Assembly: GCF_004765795.1 (NCBI RefSeq)
Contig: NZ_SBIV01000004.1
Coordinates: 310,001 to 365,638, forward strand
Length of the DNA stretch: 55,638 nucleotides
Reading direction: 5' to 3'
Source: Halorussus marinus
Lineage (GTDB): Archaea; Halobacteriota; Halobacteria; Halobacteriales; Haladaptataceae
The position numbers were made by a program, and so were the translations under genes. Every line of letters starts with the position of its first letter. Position 1 is the first letter of the stretch. Shown piece by piece: positions 10,407-19,608 of the stretch. The notes under the pieces were generated by a model. The model was not told the DNA's origin and ran no database searches. It saw only the letters and a program-made list of their open reading frames with translations.

Positions 10407-11464
10407 CCGTGACCGATCGGGAGCGCGACCGCGACCGAGAGGCCGCCGAGGACGCGCTGGTGAGCGTCCGAGGGCTCGAGAAGTACTACGAGAGCAATCA
10501 GGGGCTCGTCGATCGGCTCCTCGGGAACGTCCGTCGGGTCAAGGCGGTCGACGGCGTCTCGTTCGACATCCCGGCCGGCCAGACGATGGGGCTGGTCGGC
10601 GAGAGCGGGTGCGGGAAGACGACGCTGGGCGAGACCCTGTTGAAGCTCCACGACGCGACCGCGGGGGAGATCTACTACGACGGCCGGCCGATCACCGACC
10701 TCTCGGACGGGCAGTTCCGGCCGATGCGCGAGCAGATGCAGATGATCTTCCAGGACCCCCACTCGAACCTCGACTCCCGGATGGTGATCGGCGACATCAT
10801 CACCGAGCCGATGAACGTGCTCGACGTCGGCGACAGGGCCGATCGGGAGGCCCGCGCCAAGGAACTGCTCGATCAGGTGGGTCTCGACCGGAGCTACTAC
10901 GACCGCTACCCCCACGAGTTCTCGGGGGGACAGCGCCAGCGCGTCGGGATCGCCCGCGCGCTGAGCGTCGATCCCGACTTCGTGGTCTGTGACGAGCCCG
11001 TGAGCGCGCTCGACGTGAGCGTGCAGGCTCAGATCCTCGAACTCCTCGACGACCTCCAGGACGAGTACGGGCTCACCTACCTGTTCATCTCTCACGACCT
11101 CAGCGTCGTGCGGTACATCTGCGACCGGCTCGCGGTGATGTACCTCGGGAAGATCGTCGAGATCGGCGAGTCCGAGGACGTGTTCGAGAACCCACAGCAC
11201 CCCTACACTCGGGCGCTGTTGTCGGCCGTTCCGGACCCGGACCCCGCGGTCGATCGGGACCGGATCTTCCTGGAGGGCGCGCCGCCGAGCCCCGAGAACC
11301 CGCCGGAGGGGTGTCGGTTCCAGACGCGGTGTCCCGAGAAGATCGGGCCGGTCTGCGAGGAGGCGCCGCCGGAGTTCTACGACATCGAGGACGGCCACCA
11401 CTCGGCGTGTTACCTCCACGACGAGGCGGTCGACGAATCGCGCTCGGAGGCCGACGATGAGTAG
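10403..11464 (+). CDS. dppF: ABC peptide transporter ATP-binding subunit
   Basis: ATGA overlap at 10403. GESGCGKT, FSGGQRQR, CDEPVSALD and GCRFQTRC motifs. Confidence 0.93.
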   Translation: MTVTDRERDRDREAAEDALVSVRGLEKYYESNQGLVDRLLGNVRRVKAVDGVSFDIPAGQTMGLVGESGCGKTTLGETLLKLHDATAGEIYYDGRPITDLSDGQFRPMREQMQMIFQDPHSNLDSRMVIGDIITEPMNVLDVGDRADREARAKELLDQVGLDRSYYDRYPHEFSGGQRQRVGIARALSVDPDFVVCDEPVSALDVSVQAQILELLDDLQDEYGLTYLFISHDLSVVRYICDRLAVMYLGKIVEIGESEDVFENPQHPYTRALLSAVPDPDPAVDRDRIFLEGAPPSPENPPEGCRFQTRCPEKIGPVCEEAPPEFYDIEDGHHSACYLHDEAVDESRSEADDE

Positions 11465-11527
11465 GGCCGAGCGGCGTCCGGCGCGTTCGCGGACGCGAGC
11501 GCCCGCCGATCGAAGGGGGACGCGCCG

Positions 11528-12541
11528 ATGAGCCGAGACCACAGATGCTTCGATCTCCACTCGGACATCCCCTACGCGGTGGTCCGGGAGCGGGCCGCGG
11601 GGCGCCGCCGGGTGATCGCCGACGAGTTCCGCCCCGAGATGGCGGCGGCCGGAATCGCGGGGCGAGTCGTCGCCGTCTACGTCGACGAGACGTACCTGCC
11701 CGAACTGGCGCTCCGACGGGCGCTCGGGGCGGTCGAGGCGATCCGCAAAGAGGTCGAGGAGACCGAGCAACTGTCGCTCGCGACGACCGCCGAAGGCCTC
11801 GACGCGGCGGCCGAGCGCGACCGCCACGCGCTCGTCCTCGGCATGGAGGGCGCCGAGGCGCTGAAGGGCGATCGCTCGATGCTCGATGCGTTCTACCGGC
11901 TCGGCCTGCGCGTGCTGACGCTGACTCACAGCCGGCGGAACGCGGCCGGCGACGGGAGCTTCTTCGCGCCGACGCGATCCGGGACGCCGGGCGGGCTCTC
12001 GGCGTTCGGCGTCGAGGTCGTCGAGCGAGCGGACGAACTGGGCGTCCTCGTCGACGTCTCGCACCTGAACGAGCCGGGGTTCTGGGACGTGTTGGAGTTC
12101 GCCGACGGGCCGGTGATCGCCTCCCACTCGAACTGCCGGGCGCTCCGGAACCACCCCCGGAACCTCACCGACGACCAGCTCGCGGCCGTCGCCGACGCGG
12201 GCGGGGTGGTCGGGCTCACCGCCGTCGGATGGTTTCTGGCCGCGCCGGGCGAGGGGTCGACGGTCGAGGACTACCTCGACCACGTCGAGCACGCCGTCGA
12301 CGTCGTCGGCCCGGACCACGTCGGCGTCGGGTTCGACTTCGTGGAGTACCTCCGGCCGTTCCTCTCGGACGCCGAACGGGCGCGGCTCCCAGATCCGATG
12401 CCGGTCGAGGGCCTCCGGGGCGACGCCGACGTGGCCGACCTCGGCGCCCGACTCGCCGAGCGGGGGTTCGGCGACGACGCGGTCGCCCGGATCCTTAGGG
12501 ACAACTCGGTGCGAGTCTTGCGGGCGGTCCTCGGCGAGTGA
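11528..12541 (+). CDS. membrane dipeptidase family (M19) metallo-dipeptidase
   Basis: DLHSD, MEGAE, LTLTH, DVSH, ASHSN, RNLTD and HVGVGFDF motifs. Confidence 0.9.
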   Translation: MSRDHRCFDLHSDIPYAVVRERAAGRRRVIADEFRPEMAAAGIAGRVVAVYVDETYLPELALRRALGAVEAIRKEVEETEQLSLATTAEGLDAAAERDRHALVLGMEGAEALKGDRSMLDAFYRLGLRVLTLTHSRRNAAGDGSFFAPTRSGTPGGLSAFGVEVVERADELGVLVDVSHLNEPGFWDVLEFADGPVIASHSNCRALRNHPRNLTDDQLAAVADAGGVVGLTAVGWFLAAPGEGSTVEDYLDHVEHAVDVVGPDHVGVGFDFVEYLRPFLSDAERARLPDPMPVEGLRGDADVADLGARLAERGFGDDAVARILRDNSVRVLRAVLGE

Positions 12542-12558
12542 GCGTCGGACCCGAGTGA

Positions 12559-13389
12559 CTACGTCCGTTCGACGACGCCGAGTCGCGATCCCAACATATC
12601 GCTGTCGAAAAACGCCACCCGGCCCTCGGGCCACGAGGTCGGCTCGCCGAGCGGGGCCGCCTCGCGGGCGGCCGTCAGGTCGTCGGTCGCGAGCAGACAC
12701 GCACACGGGCCCGCCCCGAAGTCGGCCAGTCGGTCGTCGAGCCACGCCGTCCCGTCGGGGGCCGCGAGCGCCACCGGCCGGCCGGGGAACGACGCGACCG
12801 TCCCGAAGCCCGCGACCTGCTCGCGGATCGACCGGGGATAGCGATAGAGGTCCCGAAACGTCCGCTCGGCCGCGTCGAGGTCCGGGACCGCGAGCACGAC
12901 CTGTCCGATTCCCGTCAGGGGGCCGCCCGCGACGCTGTCGCTCGGCGCGATCCGGGACGACAGCGGCGTCCGGTCCTCGATGGCGAACGGGAGCAGGCGG
13001 CGCTCGTCGGGCGCTCCGAACTCGGCGCGGTCCCACTCGACCAGCGTGCCGTCCTCGCGTTCGCGCGAGTCGGACAGCGGGCCCCGGATCGGCCGGCCCG
13101 CCTCGATCACGCGCTTGCACTCGGCCGCGACGTCGGGGACCCGGACGCACCACGCCGCCGGCCCCGCGTCGGCGCGGATGTGTCGCGGCCAGAAGTCGTG
13201 GTCGCCGGGTTCGCGCTCGGCGATGAGTTCGACGTACGATCGGTCGTCGAACCCGAGCACCGCCATGTGGGTGTGTCCGTTGTCGTGGACGCCGCCGTAG
13301 TCGGGCGCGAGTCCGAGCCGGTCGAACTCGGCGGTGATCTCCTCGAGGTCGTGCCACGCGAACGGGACGTGATCGAGCGTCCGGCTCAT
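12559..13389 (-). CDS. VOC/glyoxalase-like protein
   Basis: Starts MSRTLDHV and has GGVH...T..A...YVEL and PFAIED motifs. Overlaps the Lrp stop codon. Confidence 0.75.
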   Translation of the reverse strand: MSRTLDHVPFAWHDLEEITAEFDRLGLAPDYGGVHDNGHTHMAVLGFDDRSYVELIAEREPGDHDFWPRHIRADAGPAAWCVRVPDVAAECKRVIEAGRPIRGPLSDSREREDGTLVEWDRAEFGAPDERRLLPFAIEDRTPLSSRIAPSDSVAGGPLTGIGQVVLAVPDLDAAERTFRDLYRYPRSIREQVAGFGTVASFPGRPVALAAPDGTAWLDDRLADFGAGPCACLLATDDLTAAREAAPLGEPTSWPEGRVAFFDSDMLGSRLGVVERT

Positions 13390-13910
13390 TGCGAGGACGG
13401 CTGGAGGACTGTCTCGCGGGCGTCGTCGGTGAGGTTGCCCGTGACCGAGGTCGGGCCGTCGAACTCGCGCATCACGAACCGCGACGACGTCTCGTTGACG
13501 CCCTCGAGCGCCACCATGCGCTCGACGAGGTCGTTGAGCTGTTCGCGGCTCTGGACCCGACTGATCACCACGAAGTCGACGTCGCCCATCGTGTAGAAGA
13601 CCTGCTCGACGCCGTCGATGGCCGACAGCGACTCGCCGATATCCTCGGAGTACCCCTGCTCGTGGGTGACCGAGACGTCGGTGATCGACACCATCTCGAG
13701 CCCGAACGCCATGGGGTCGACGTCGGCGGTGACCCCCTGGATGACGCCGTTGTCCTTGAGCTTGTTCAGCCGGTAGTGGATGGCCGACTTCGAGAGGTCG
13801 AGTTCGTCGGCCAGCGTCTCTAAGCTGACGTCGAAGTCCGCCTCGACTCGCTCGAGGATGGCGAGATCCGTCTCGTCGAGATCGGGCGCCGCCCGGAGTG
13901 CGTCGTTCAT
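13386..13910 (-). CDS. Lrp/AsnC family transcriptional regulator
   Basis: LDETDLAIL, HTH LADELDLSKSAIHYRLNKL, and a RAM domain with MGDVDF. Confidence 0.92.
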   Translation of the reverse strand: MNDALRAAPDLDETDLAILERVEADFDVSLETLADELDLSKSAIHYRLNKLKDNGVIQGVTADVDPMAFGLEMVSITDVSVTHEQGYSEDIGESLSAIDGVEQVFYTMGDVDFVVISRVQSREQLNDLVERMVALEGVNETSSRFVMREFDGPTSVTGNLTDDARETVLQPSSQ

Positions 13911-14033
13911 GGGCGACAGTTAGAGGCGTTCGATCAAGAAAGCCCCGTTGTCGAGCGTCCGGCCCGGACGGACCGGCGCCGAGCCCGGCCGCGACGTGGG
14001 GCGGCGCGTGCGATCCCGTCGTCGTCGGGCCGG

Positions 14034-15374
14034 CTACCGATCCATCGCGTCGTCCGAGACGTCGAGGGCGGCGTCGAGCGCGTCGATCGCCTCGTCGATC
14101 TCGTCCTCGGTGATCGTGAGCGGCGGCGCGACGATCAGGGTGTTGATCATGTTCGCGACGTAGGTGCCGCGGTCGTACGCGGCCGCGGCGACCTCGTCGA
14201 CGACCGTGGTCCCCTTGCTCACCTTGTCGGCGCGCTCGCCGAACGGGACCCGTTCGTCGGGGTCGCTCGTGAGTTCGATGCCCCGGAACAGCCCGACCCC
14301 GCGGGCCTCGCCCACGCTGGGGTGACGGTCGGCGAGGTCGTCGATCCGGTCGCCGAGGTACGCGCCGACCTCGCTCGCGCGCTCGATGAGGTTCTGCTCC
14401 TCGTAGGTCTCGACCGCCGCGAGGCCGGCCGCGACCGCCGCGGGGTGGCCCGAGTAGGTGTGGCCGTGACAGAGCATCTCGTCCTCGAAGTGGGCCGCGA
14501 TCTCGTCGGTGACGATCGTCGCCCCGAGCGGCTGGTAGGCGCCGGTCAGCCCCTTCGCCATCGTCATGATGTCGGGTTCGACGCCGAACACGTCGGCGCC
14601 GAACCACTCGCCGGTGCGGCCGAACCCGCTCATCACCTCGTCGACGACGAGCAGGGCGCCGTGGTCGTGGGCGATCTCCTTGAGCCGGGGGAGGTACTCC
14701 TCGGGCGGCACCAGAATGCCGTTCGAGCCGACGATCGGTTCGACCAGGATCGCCGCGACCGTGTCGCCTTCGAGTTCGAGCATCTCGTCGATGTACTCGA
14801 CGCTCTCCATCGGGTCGAGCGTCGAGCCGTAGGCGTAGGGGTCGGGCGCCTTGATCGTCCCCGGGATCCCGGGCTCGGAGGCGAGCCGGCGGGGGTCGCC
14901 GGTGACGCTGATCGAGCCGTAGGTGGCGCCGTGGTACGATCGGTACCGCGAGAGGATCTTCTGCTTGCCGGTGTAGAAGCGCGCGATCTTGATCGCGGCC
15001 TCGACCGCCTCGGTCCCGCTGGTCGAGAAGAACGTCTTCGAGAGGTCGCCGGGCGTGACCGCCGCGAGCTTCTCGCCGAGTTTCGCCCGGGCCTCGGTGG
15101 TGTAGCCCGGGGAGACGTACGCCGCGTCGGCGACCTGTTCGGCGATCGCGTCCTCGACCTTCTCGGCGGAGTGGCCGAGGTTCGAGCACATGAGCTGGCT
15201 CGAGAAGTCGATGAACTCCTCGCCGTCGGCGTCGGTGAACCGGACGCCCTCGGCGTGGGTCACTTCGGTCGGCCGGACCTCGCTCTGGAACGACCACGTT
15301 CCGAAGACGTGCTCGCGGTCGGTGGCTTCGACCTCGTTGAGACCGTCGGTCGGGGCGGGCTCTTGCTCTGACAT
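14034..15374 (-). CDS. class-III PLP aminotransferase (omega-amino acid / beta-alanine type)
   Basis: SGTEAVE, YHGAT, DEVMSGFGRTG, MAKG (PLP lysine) and HGHTYSGHP motifs. Confidence 0.9.
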   Translation of the reverse strand: MSEQEPAPTDGLNEVEATDREHVFGTWSFQSEVRPTEVTHAEGVRFTDADGEEFIDFSSQLMCSNLGHSAEKVEDAIAEQVADAAYVSPGYTTEARAKLGEKLAAVTPGDLSKTFFSTSGTEAVEAAIKIARFYTGKQKILSRYRSYHGATYGSISVTGDPRRLASEPGIPGTIKAPDPYAYGSTLDPMESVEYIDEMLELEGDTVAAILVEPIVGSNGILVPPEEYLPRLKEIAHDHGALLVVDEVMSGFGRTGEWFGADVFGVEPDIMTMAKGLTGAYQPLGATIVTDEIAAHFEDEMLCHGHTYSGHPAAVAAGLAAVETYEEQNLIERASEVGAYLGDRIDDLADRHPSVGEARGVGLFRGIELTSDPDERVPFGERADKVSKGTTVVDEVAAAAYDRGTYVANMINTLIVAPPLTITEDEIDEAIDALDAALDVSDDAMDR

Positions 15375-15544
15375 CGTCGGATGAGAACTAGTGTCCCGAT
15401 TTGATTAATCTTTGGATAGATCGAGATATGAAGTACAATTTCCCACGAATCAATCTCCGAGAGGTATTTCGTCCGTCCGAGTCCGCTCAGAGCGGACGCT
15501 GTCGGGAAGACTTATTGGGGAGAAGCGAGAGCCATCAACGTACG
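15375..15544. promoter_or_regulatory. divergent promoter region between aminotransferase and mmsA
   Basis: AT-rich intergenic region with TATA-like TTGATTAATC (palindromic core GATTAATC). The adjacent Lrp is the likely regulator (inference). Confidence 0.45.
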
Positions 15545-17020
15545 ATGTCACTAGATACCACCCCACCGTGGGACGACGTACAGAACTACGTCGACGGCGA
15601 GTGGCGACGACCGTCGAACGACGGCCAAGACGTGGTCGACCCGGCGACCGGCGAGACGCTCGCCCGGGTCGGCTTCAGCTCCGGCGACGACGTCGACGCC
15701 GCCGTCGACGCCGGCCGGGAGGCGTTCGAATCGTGGCAGTCGACGCCGGTCGAAGAGCGCATCCAGCCGCTGTTCGCGCTCAAAGAACTGCTCGAAGCCC
15801 ACCAGGACGAGCTCGCGGAGGTGCTGGTCCGCGAGCACGGCAAGACGTTCCCGGAGGCGAAAGGCGAGCTCCGACGGGGCATCGAGAACGTCGAGGTCGC
15901 CTGCGGGGTCCCGTCGATGATGCAGGCCGGCCACCTCCCGAACGCCGCGCCCGGCATCGACGAGACCGCGGTCCGCAAGCCGCTTGGCGTGTTCGCGGCG
16001 ATCACGCCGTTCAACTTCCCCGGCATGATTCCGCTGTGGTTCCTGCCGTACGCGGTCGCGACCGGCAACGCGTTCGTGCTCAAGCCAAGCGAGCAGGATC
16101 CGGTCGTCGCCCAGCGGCTGTTCGAGCTGATCGACGAGGCGGGGTTCCCCGACGGCGTCGTCCAGCTCGTCCACGGGAGCGTCGACACGGTGAACGCGCT
16201 GCTCGACCACGACGGCATCGAGGGCGCGTCGTTCGTCGGGTCGACGCCGGTCGCCGAGCACGTCTACGAGCGGGCCGCCGCGAGCGGTAAGCGCGTCCAG
16301 GCCCAGGGCGGCGCGAAAAACCACATCGTCGTGACCGAGACCGCCGACCTCGACTTCGCGGCGAAGAAGACCGTCTCCTCGGCGTGTGCGTGCGGCGGCG
16401 AGCGCTGTCTCGCCAACGACGTGGTGGTCGTCGAGGAAGGCGTCTACGAGGAGTTCGTCGACCGGGTGCTCGAAGAGGCGCGGGCCCAGACGGTCGGCTA
16501 CGGGCTCGACGACGACACCGACATCGGCGCGCTCATCACGCCCGACCACGAGGCGCGGGTCCGAGACCTGATCGCGACCGGCGTCGACGAGGGCGCCGAT
16601 CTCCTGCTCGACGGCCGAGACGTCGAAGTCGAGGGCTACGAGGGGGGCAACTTCCTCGGGCCGACCGTGTTCGGCGACGTCGACCCCGAGATGACGATCG
16701 CCCGCGAGGAGATCTTCGGCCCCGTGATGGGGCTGATGGCGGTCGAGGACGTCGACGAGGCGATCGAGGTGCTCAACCGTAGCGACTTCGGGAACGCCGC
16801 GAGCCTCTTCACCGCCAGCGGGGCCGACGCCAAGAAGGTCCGCCACGAGGCCGACGTCGGGAACCTCGGGGTCAACGCCGGCACCGCCGCGCCGATGGCG
16901 TTCTTCCACTTCGGCGGCCGGAAGGACTCGTTCTTCGGCGACCTCCACGCGCAGGGCGAAGACATGATCCATTTCTACACCGACAAGACCGTCTACATCG
17001 AGCGGTGGCCCGACGCGTGA
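15545..17020 (+). CDS. mmsA: CoA-acylating (methyl)malonate-semialdehyde dehydrogenase
   Basis: ITPFNFP, KPSE, FVGST, QAQGGAKNH (lacks the ALDH Glu), GERC, EEIFGP and FGGRKDSFFGDLH motifs. Confidence 0.9.
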   Translation: MSLDTTPPWDDVQNYVDGEWRRPSNDGQDVVDPATGETLARVGFSSGDDVDAAVDAGREAFESWQSTPVEERIQPLFALKELLEAHQDELAEVLVREHGKTFPEAKGELRRGIENVEVACGVPSMMQAGHLPNAAPGIDETAVRKPLGVFAAITPFNFPGMIPLWFLPYAVATGNAFVLKPSEQDPVVAQRLFELIDEAGFPDGVVQLVHGSVDTVNALLDHDGIEGASFVGSTPVAEHVYERAAASGKRVQAQGGAKNHIVVTETADLDFAAKKTVSSACACGGERCLANDVVVVEEGVYEEFVDRVLEEARAQTVGYGLDDDTDIGALITPDHEARVRDLIATGVDEGADLLLDGRDVEVEGYEGGNFLGPTVFGDVDPEMTIAREEIFGPVMGLMAVEDVDEAIEVLNRSDFGNAASLFTASGADAKKVRHEADVGNLGVNAGTAAPMAFFHFGGRKDSFFGDLHAQGEDMIHFYTDKTVYIERWPDA

Positions 17021-17107
17021 GCCCGTAGACCGGCGATCGCCGGGTCGGTGCCGATTCGGGTCGGTTTTTCAGAACCGCGGCCGAGACGAGTGGGCGGTAG
17101 CGCGGTT

Positions 17108-17356
17108 CTATCTCTCGTCCTGTTTCCCCTCGCGATAGCCGCCCACTCCCGCCTCTATCGTCGTTTTGAGGATTCGGAAGCCCCCGACGAGCACTCTCGT
17201 GAGGAGGATCCCTCCGCCAACGACGACCAGACCCCGCGAGAGTCCGACGCCTCCGAGCGAGAACGTTTCGGGAGCGAGTACTCCGAGGACGAACAGGGCC
17301 AACCCGACCCAGAACGCTTCGTCCCGCTGGGAGAGCGCCGTGAGCGTTTCCGCCAT
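17108..17356 (-). CDS. small hypothetical membrane protein (2 TM)
   Basis: 82-aa ORF with two hydrophobic segments and an AT-rich TATA-like tract about 25-35 nt upstream. Confidence 0.5.
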   Translation of the reverse strand: MAETLTALSQRDEAFWVGLALFVLGVLAPETFSLGGVGLSRGLVVVGGGILLTRVLVGGFRILKTTIEAGVGGYREGKQDER

Positions 17357-17438
17357 GCAGTGAGAGAGCTGTTATGTAAATAAGTATTTTACTCCGGGGG
17401 AACGCCCACACCCGCGTTCCGACCGATTCGGGCGGCGG

Positions 17439-18701
17439 TCACTCGGTCGCGCCCATCAGGTCGGCGGTCGAGGCCGCCATCACCTTCGCCGCGGTGACGA
17501 TCTCCTCGACGGGGACGTGCTCGTCGACGACGTGGGCCTGTTCGAGCAGTCCCGGCCCGTAGACGATACACTCCTCGATGCCCGCGTCGTTGACCACGAA
17601 CCGCTGGTCGTCCGACCCCGGCGAGACGACCGGGTCGGTGTCCTCGTAGAAGTCCAGAATGTTCTCGGTGTACGTCTGACTCGCGGTGCAGTCGGCGGGC
17701 ACGCTCGCGGGCTCGGCGAACATGATCTCGTCGTACTCGAACCGCTCGCCGGTCTCGGCCTCGGAGGCGGCCAGCAGGTCCCGGATCTCTTCGCGGGCGC
17801 TCTCGACGGTCTCGCCCGGCACGAGCACGCGGTAGAAGGTGGCCTTACACCGGTCCGGGACGACGTTCTCCGAGTAGCCGGCGTCGAGCATCGTCGCCGA
17901 GATGTCCGCGCGCCGGGACTCGGGCGGCGTGACCGGGAGGTCGGTGGTACGCTCGTGGAGGTCGTCCTCGTACTCGTCGACGCGGGCGAGGAACTCGTGC
18001 ATCGCTCCGATGGCGTTCGCCCCGTCGTGGGCCATACAGCCGTGGGCCTTCGACCCGTGGGCGGTGACGCGAAACTTCAGGACGCCGCGGTGGCCCAGAC
18101 AGACCCGCGAGGAGTCGAAACACTCGGTGTAGACGCAGTAGTCGGTGTTCGACGCGGCGACGTACCCCTCCTCGACCAGATAGCCGAGGCCGGTGAACCC
18201 GCCGGTCTCCTCGTCGACGGTCATGCTCTGGGTGACCGACCCCCGGAGGTCGACGCCCGCGGCTTCGAGCGCGTCGATCGCGAACAGGCTGGCGACGATG
18301 CCCGCCTTCATGTCGCTGGTCCCGCGCCCGTAGACCCGGCCGTCCTCGACGACCGGATCGTAGGGGTCGTACCGCCAGTCCTCGCCCGCGGGGACGACGT
18401 CGAAGTGGCCCGTGAAGTGGACGTCGGGACCCGACGACGCGCCCTCCTTGCGCCCGAGGACGTTCACGCGCTCGTGGTCGGTCCGGTCCGGATAGTGCTC
18501 GGCGACGACCGCCTCGGGCACCTCGACGGTCTCGACCTCGTAGCCGCGCTCGGCCAACGCCGCCCCGAGGAACGACGCGCCCTCGCGGTAGTTGCGCCCC
18601 GGCGGGTTCTCGGTCTCGATCGCGACGAACTCCCGGAGGAACTCGACCAGCTCCGATCGCCGATCGTCGACCGCGGCGTGGATCTCGGCCTTCGAGACCA
18701 T
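17439..18701 (-). CDS. M20 family (ArgE/DapE-like) metallo-deacylase/peptidase
   Basis: ETENPPG, GHFDVVP, GRGTSDMKAG, DEETGG, YGPG and QAH motifs. TGATG coupling to the SDR. Confidence 0.9.
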   Translation of the reverse strand: MVSKAEIHAAVDDRRSELVEFLREFVAIETENPPGRNYREGASFLGAALAERGYEVETVEVPEAVVAEHYPDRTDHERVNVLGRKEGASSGPDVHFTGHFDVVPAGEDWRYDPYDPVVEDGRVYGRGTSDMKAGIVASLFAIDALEAAGVDLRGSVTQSMTVDEETGGFTGLGYLVEEGYVAASNTDYCVYTECFDSSRVCLGHRGVLKFRVTAHGSKAHGCMAHDGANAIGAMHEFLARVDEYEDDLHERTTDLPVTPPESRRADISATMLDAGYSENVVPDRCKATFYRVLVPGETVESAREEIRDLLAASEAETGERFEYDEIMFAEPASVPADCTASQTYTENILDFYEDTDPVVSPGSDDQRFVVNDAGIEECIVYGPGLLEQAHVVDEHVPVEEIVTAAKVMAASTADLMGATE

Positions 18702-19453
18702 CAGACGTCCCTCCCGCCGTCGACTTCGAGCGCGGTGCCGGTCACCATCGCGGCCTCGTCGCTCGCGAGGAACGCCGCCGCGTGGGCGACGTCCTCGGGG
18801 TCGGCCAGTCGCCCGAGCGGGATGGTCTCGCGCATCGAGTCGACGCTCAGATCGCCGGCCGCGAACGCCGGGAGCATCTCGGTGTCGGTCGCCACCGGGC
18901 AGACGGCGTTGACCCGGATGTCGTCGTCGGCCAGTTCGTGGGCCAACTGCTTGGTCAGCGTGATCATCCCGCCCTTCGAGGCGCAGTAGGCCGAGAGCCC
19001 GGTCCGCGGGCGGATCCCCGCCGTCGAGGCCGTGTTGAGGATGACGCCGCCGCCCTGCTCGCGCATGTGGGGGACCGCGTGTTTCGCCCCGAGGAACGCG
19101 CTCTTGAGGTTCACGTCCTGAACGCGGTCCCACGTCGCTTCGGTCACGTCCTCGACGGGCGTCGACTCCTGGGGGACGCCCGCGTTGTTGTGGAGGACGT
19201 CGAGTCGGCCGAACGCTCCGACGGTTCGGTCGACGAACGCCGCGACGTCGTCGGGGTCCGAGACGTCCGCGGTCACCGGTATCGCCGAGCCGTCGGCGGC
19301 GTCGTCGATCGCTTCGGCGGCTTCGGTCGCCGCCTCGCCGTCGACGTCGACGACCGCCACGTCCGCGCCGCGCTCGGCGAACAGCCGCGCGGTCGCTCGA
19401 CCCATCCCGGATCCGGCTCCCGTGATCGCCGCGACCTTGCCATCAACTGTCAT
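18701..19453 (-). CDS. SDR family oxidoreductase
   Basis: TGAGSGMG, NNAG, YCASK and VDGG motifs. Confidence 0.92.
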   Translation of the reverse strand: MTVDGKVAAITGAGSGMGRATARLFAERGADVAVVDVDGEAATEAAEAIDDAADGSAIPVTADVSDPDDVAAFVDRTVGAFGRLDVLHNNAGVPQESTPVEDVTEATWDRVQDVNLKSAFLGAKHAVPHMREQGGGVILNTASTAGIRPRTGLSAYCASKGGMITLTKQLAHELADDDIRVNAVCPVATDTEMLPAFAAGDLSVDSMRETIPLGRLADPEDVAHAAAFLASDEAAMVTGTALEVDGGRDV

Positions 19454-19608
19454 GAGGTCGGATTGAGTACGCGCGAGTATCAAAGTTCCGAACGGAGTCA
19501 AAATAGACTCGATATAGATCGGATAACGGAGCGATTCGAGCGAGATGAGAGAACACAGTTCACTTACTCTCTCACTCTCAGAGCGGGGCGAAACCCCGAC
19601 CGGCGGCG

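Noticed and set aside
9713..11464. Apparent N-terminal extensions or fusions in the ORF track (also 1345..2901, 12559..15297, 17439..19133, 18701..20659, 45467..46717, 47180..48742)
   Set aside because: The extensions are shadow-frame sequence. The true starts lie downstream at ATGA/GTGA overlaps or after promoters, so no frameshift or fusion needs to be invoked.
6472..13357. Very long alternative-frame and antisense ORFs (e.g. 6472..9321 +, 10280..13357 -, also 38621..41062 -)
   Set aside because: These are Arg/Pro/Gly-rich shadow frames expected in high-GC DNA, overlapping clearly recognisable genes and lacking the acidic haloarchaeal composition.
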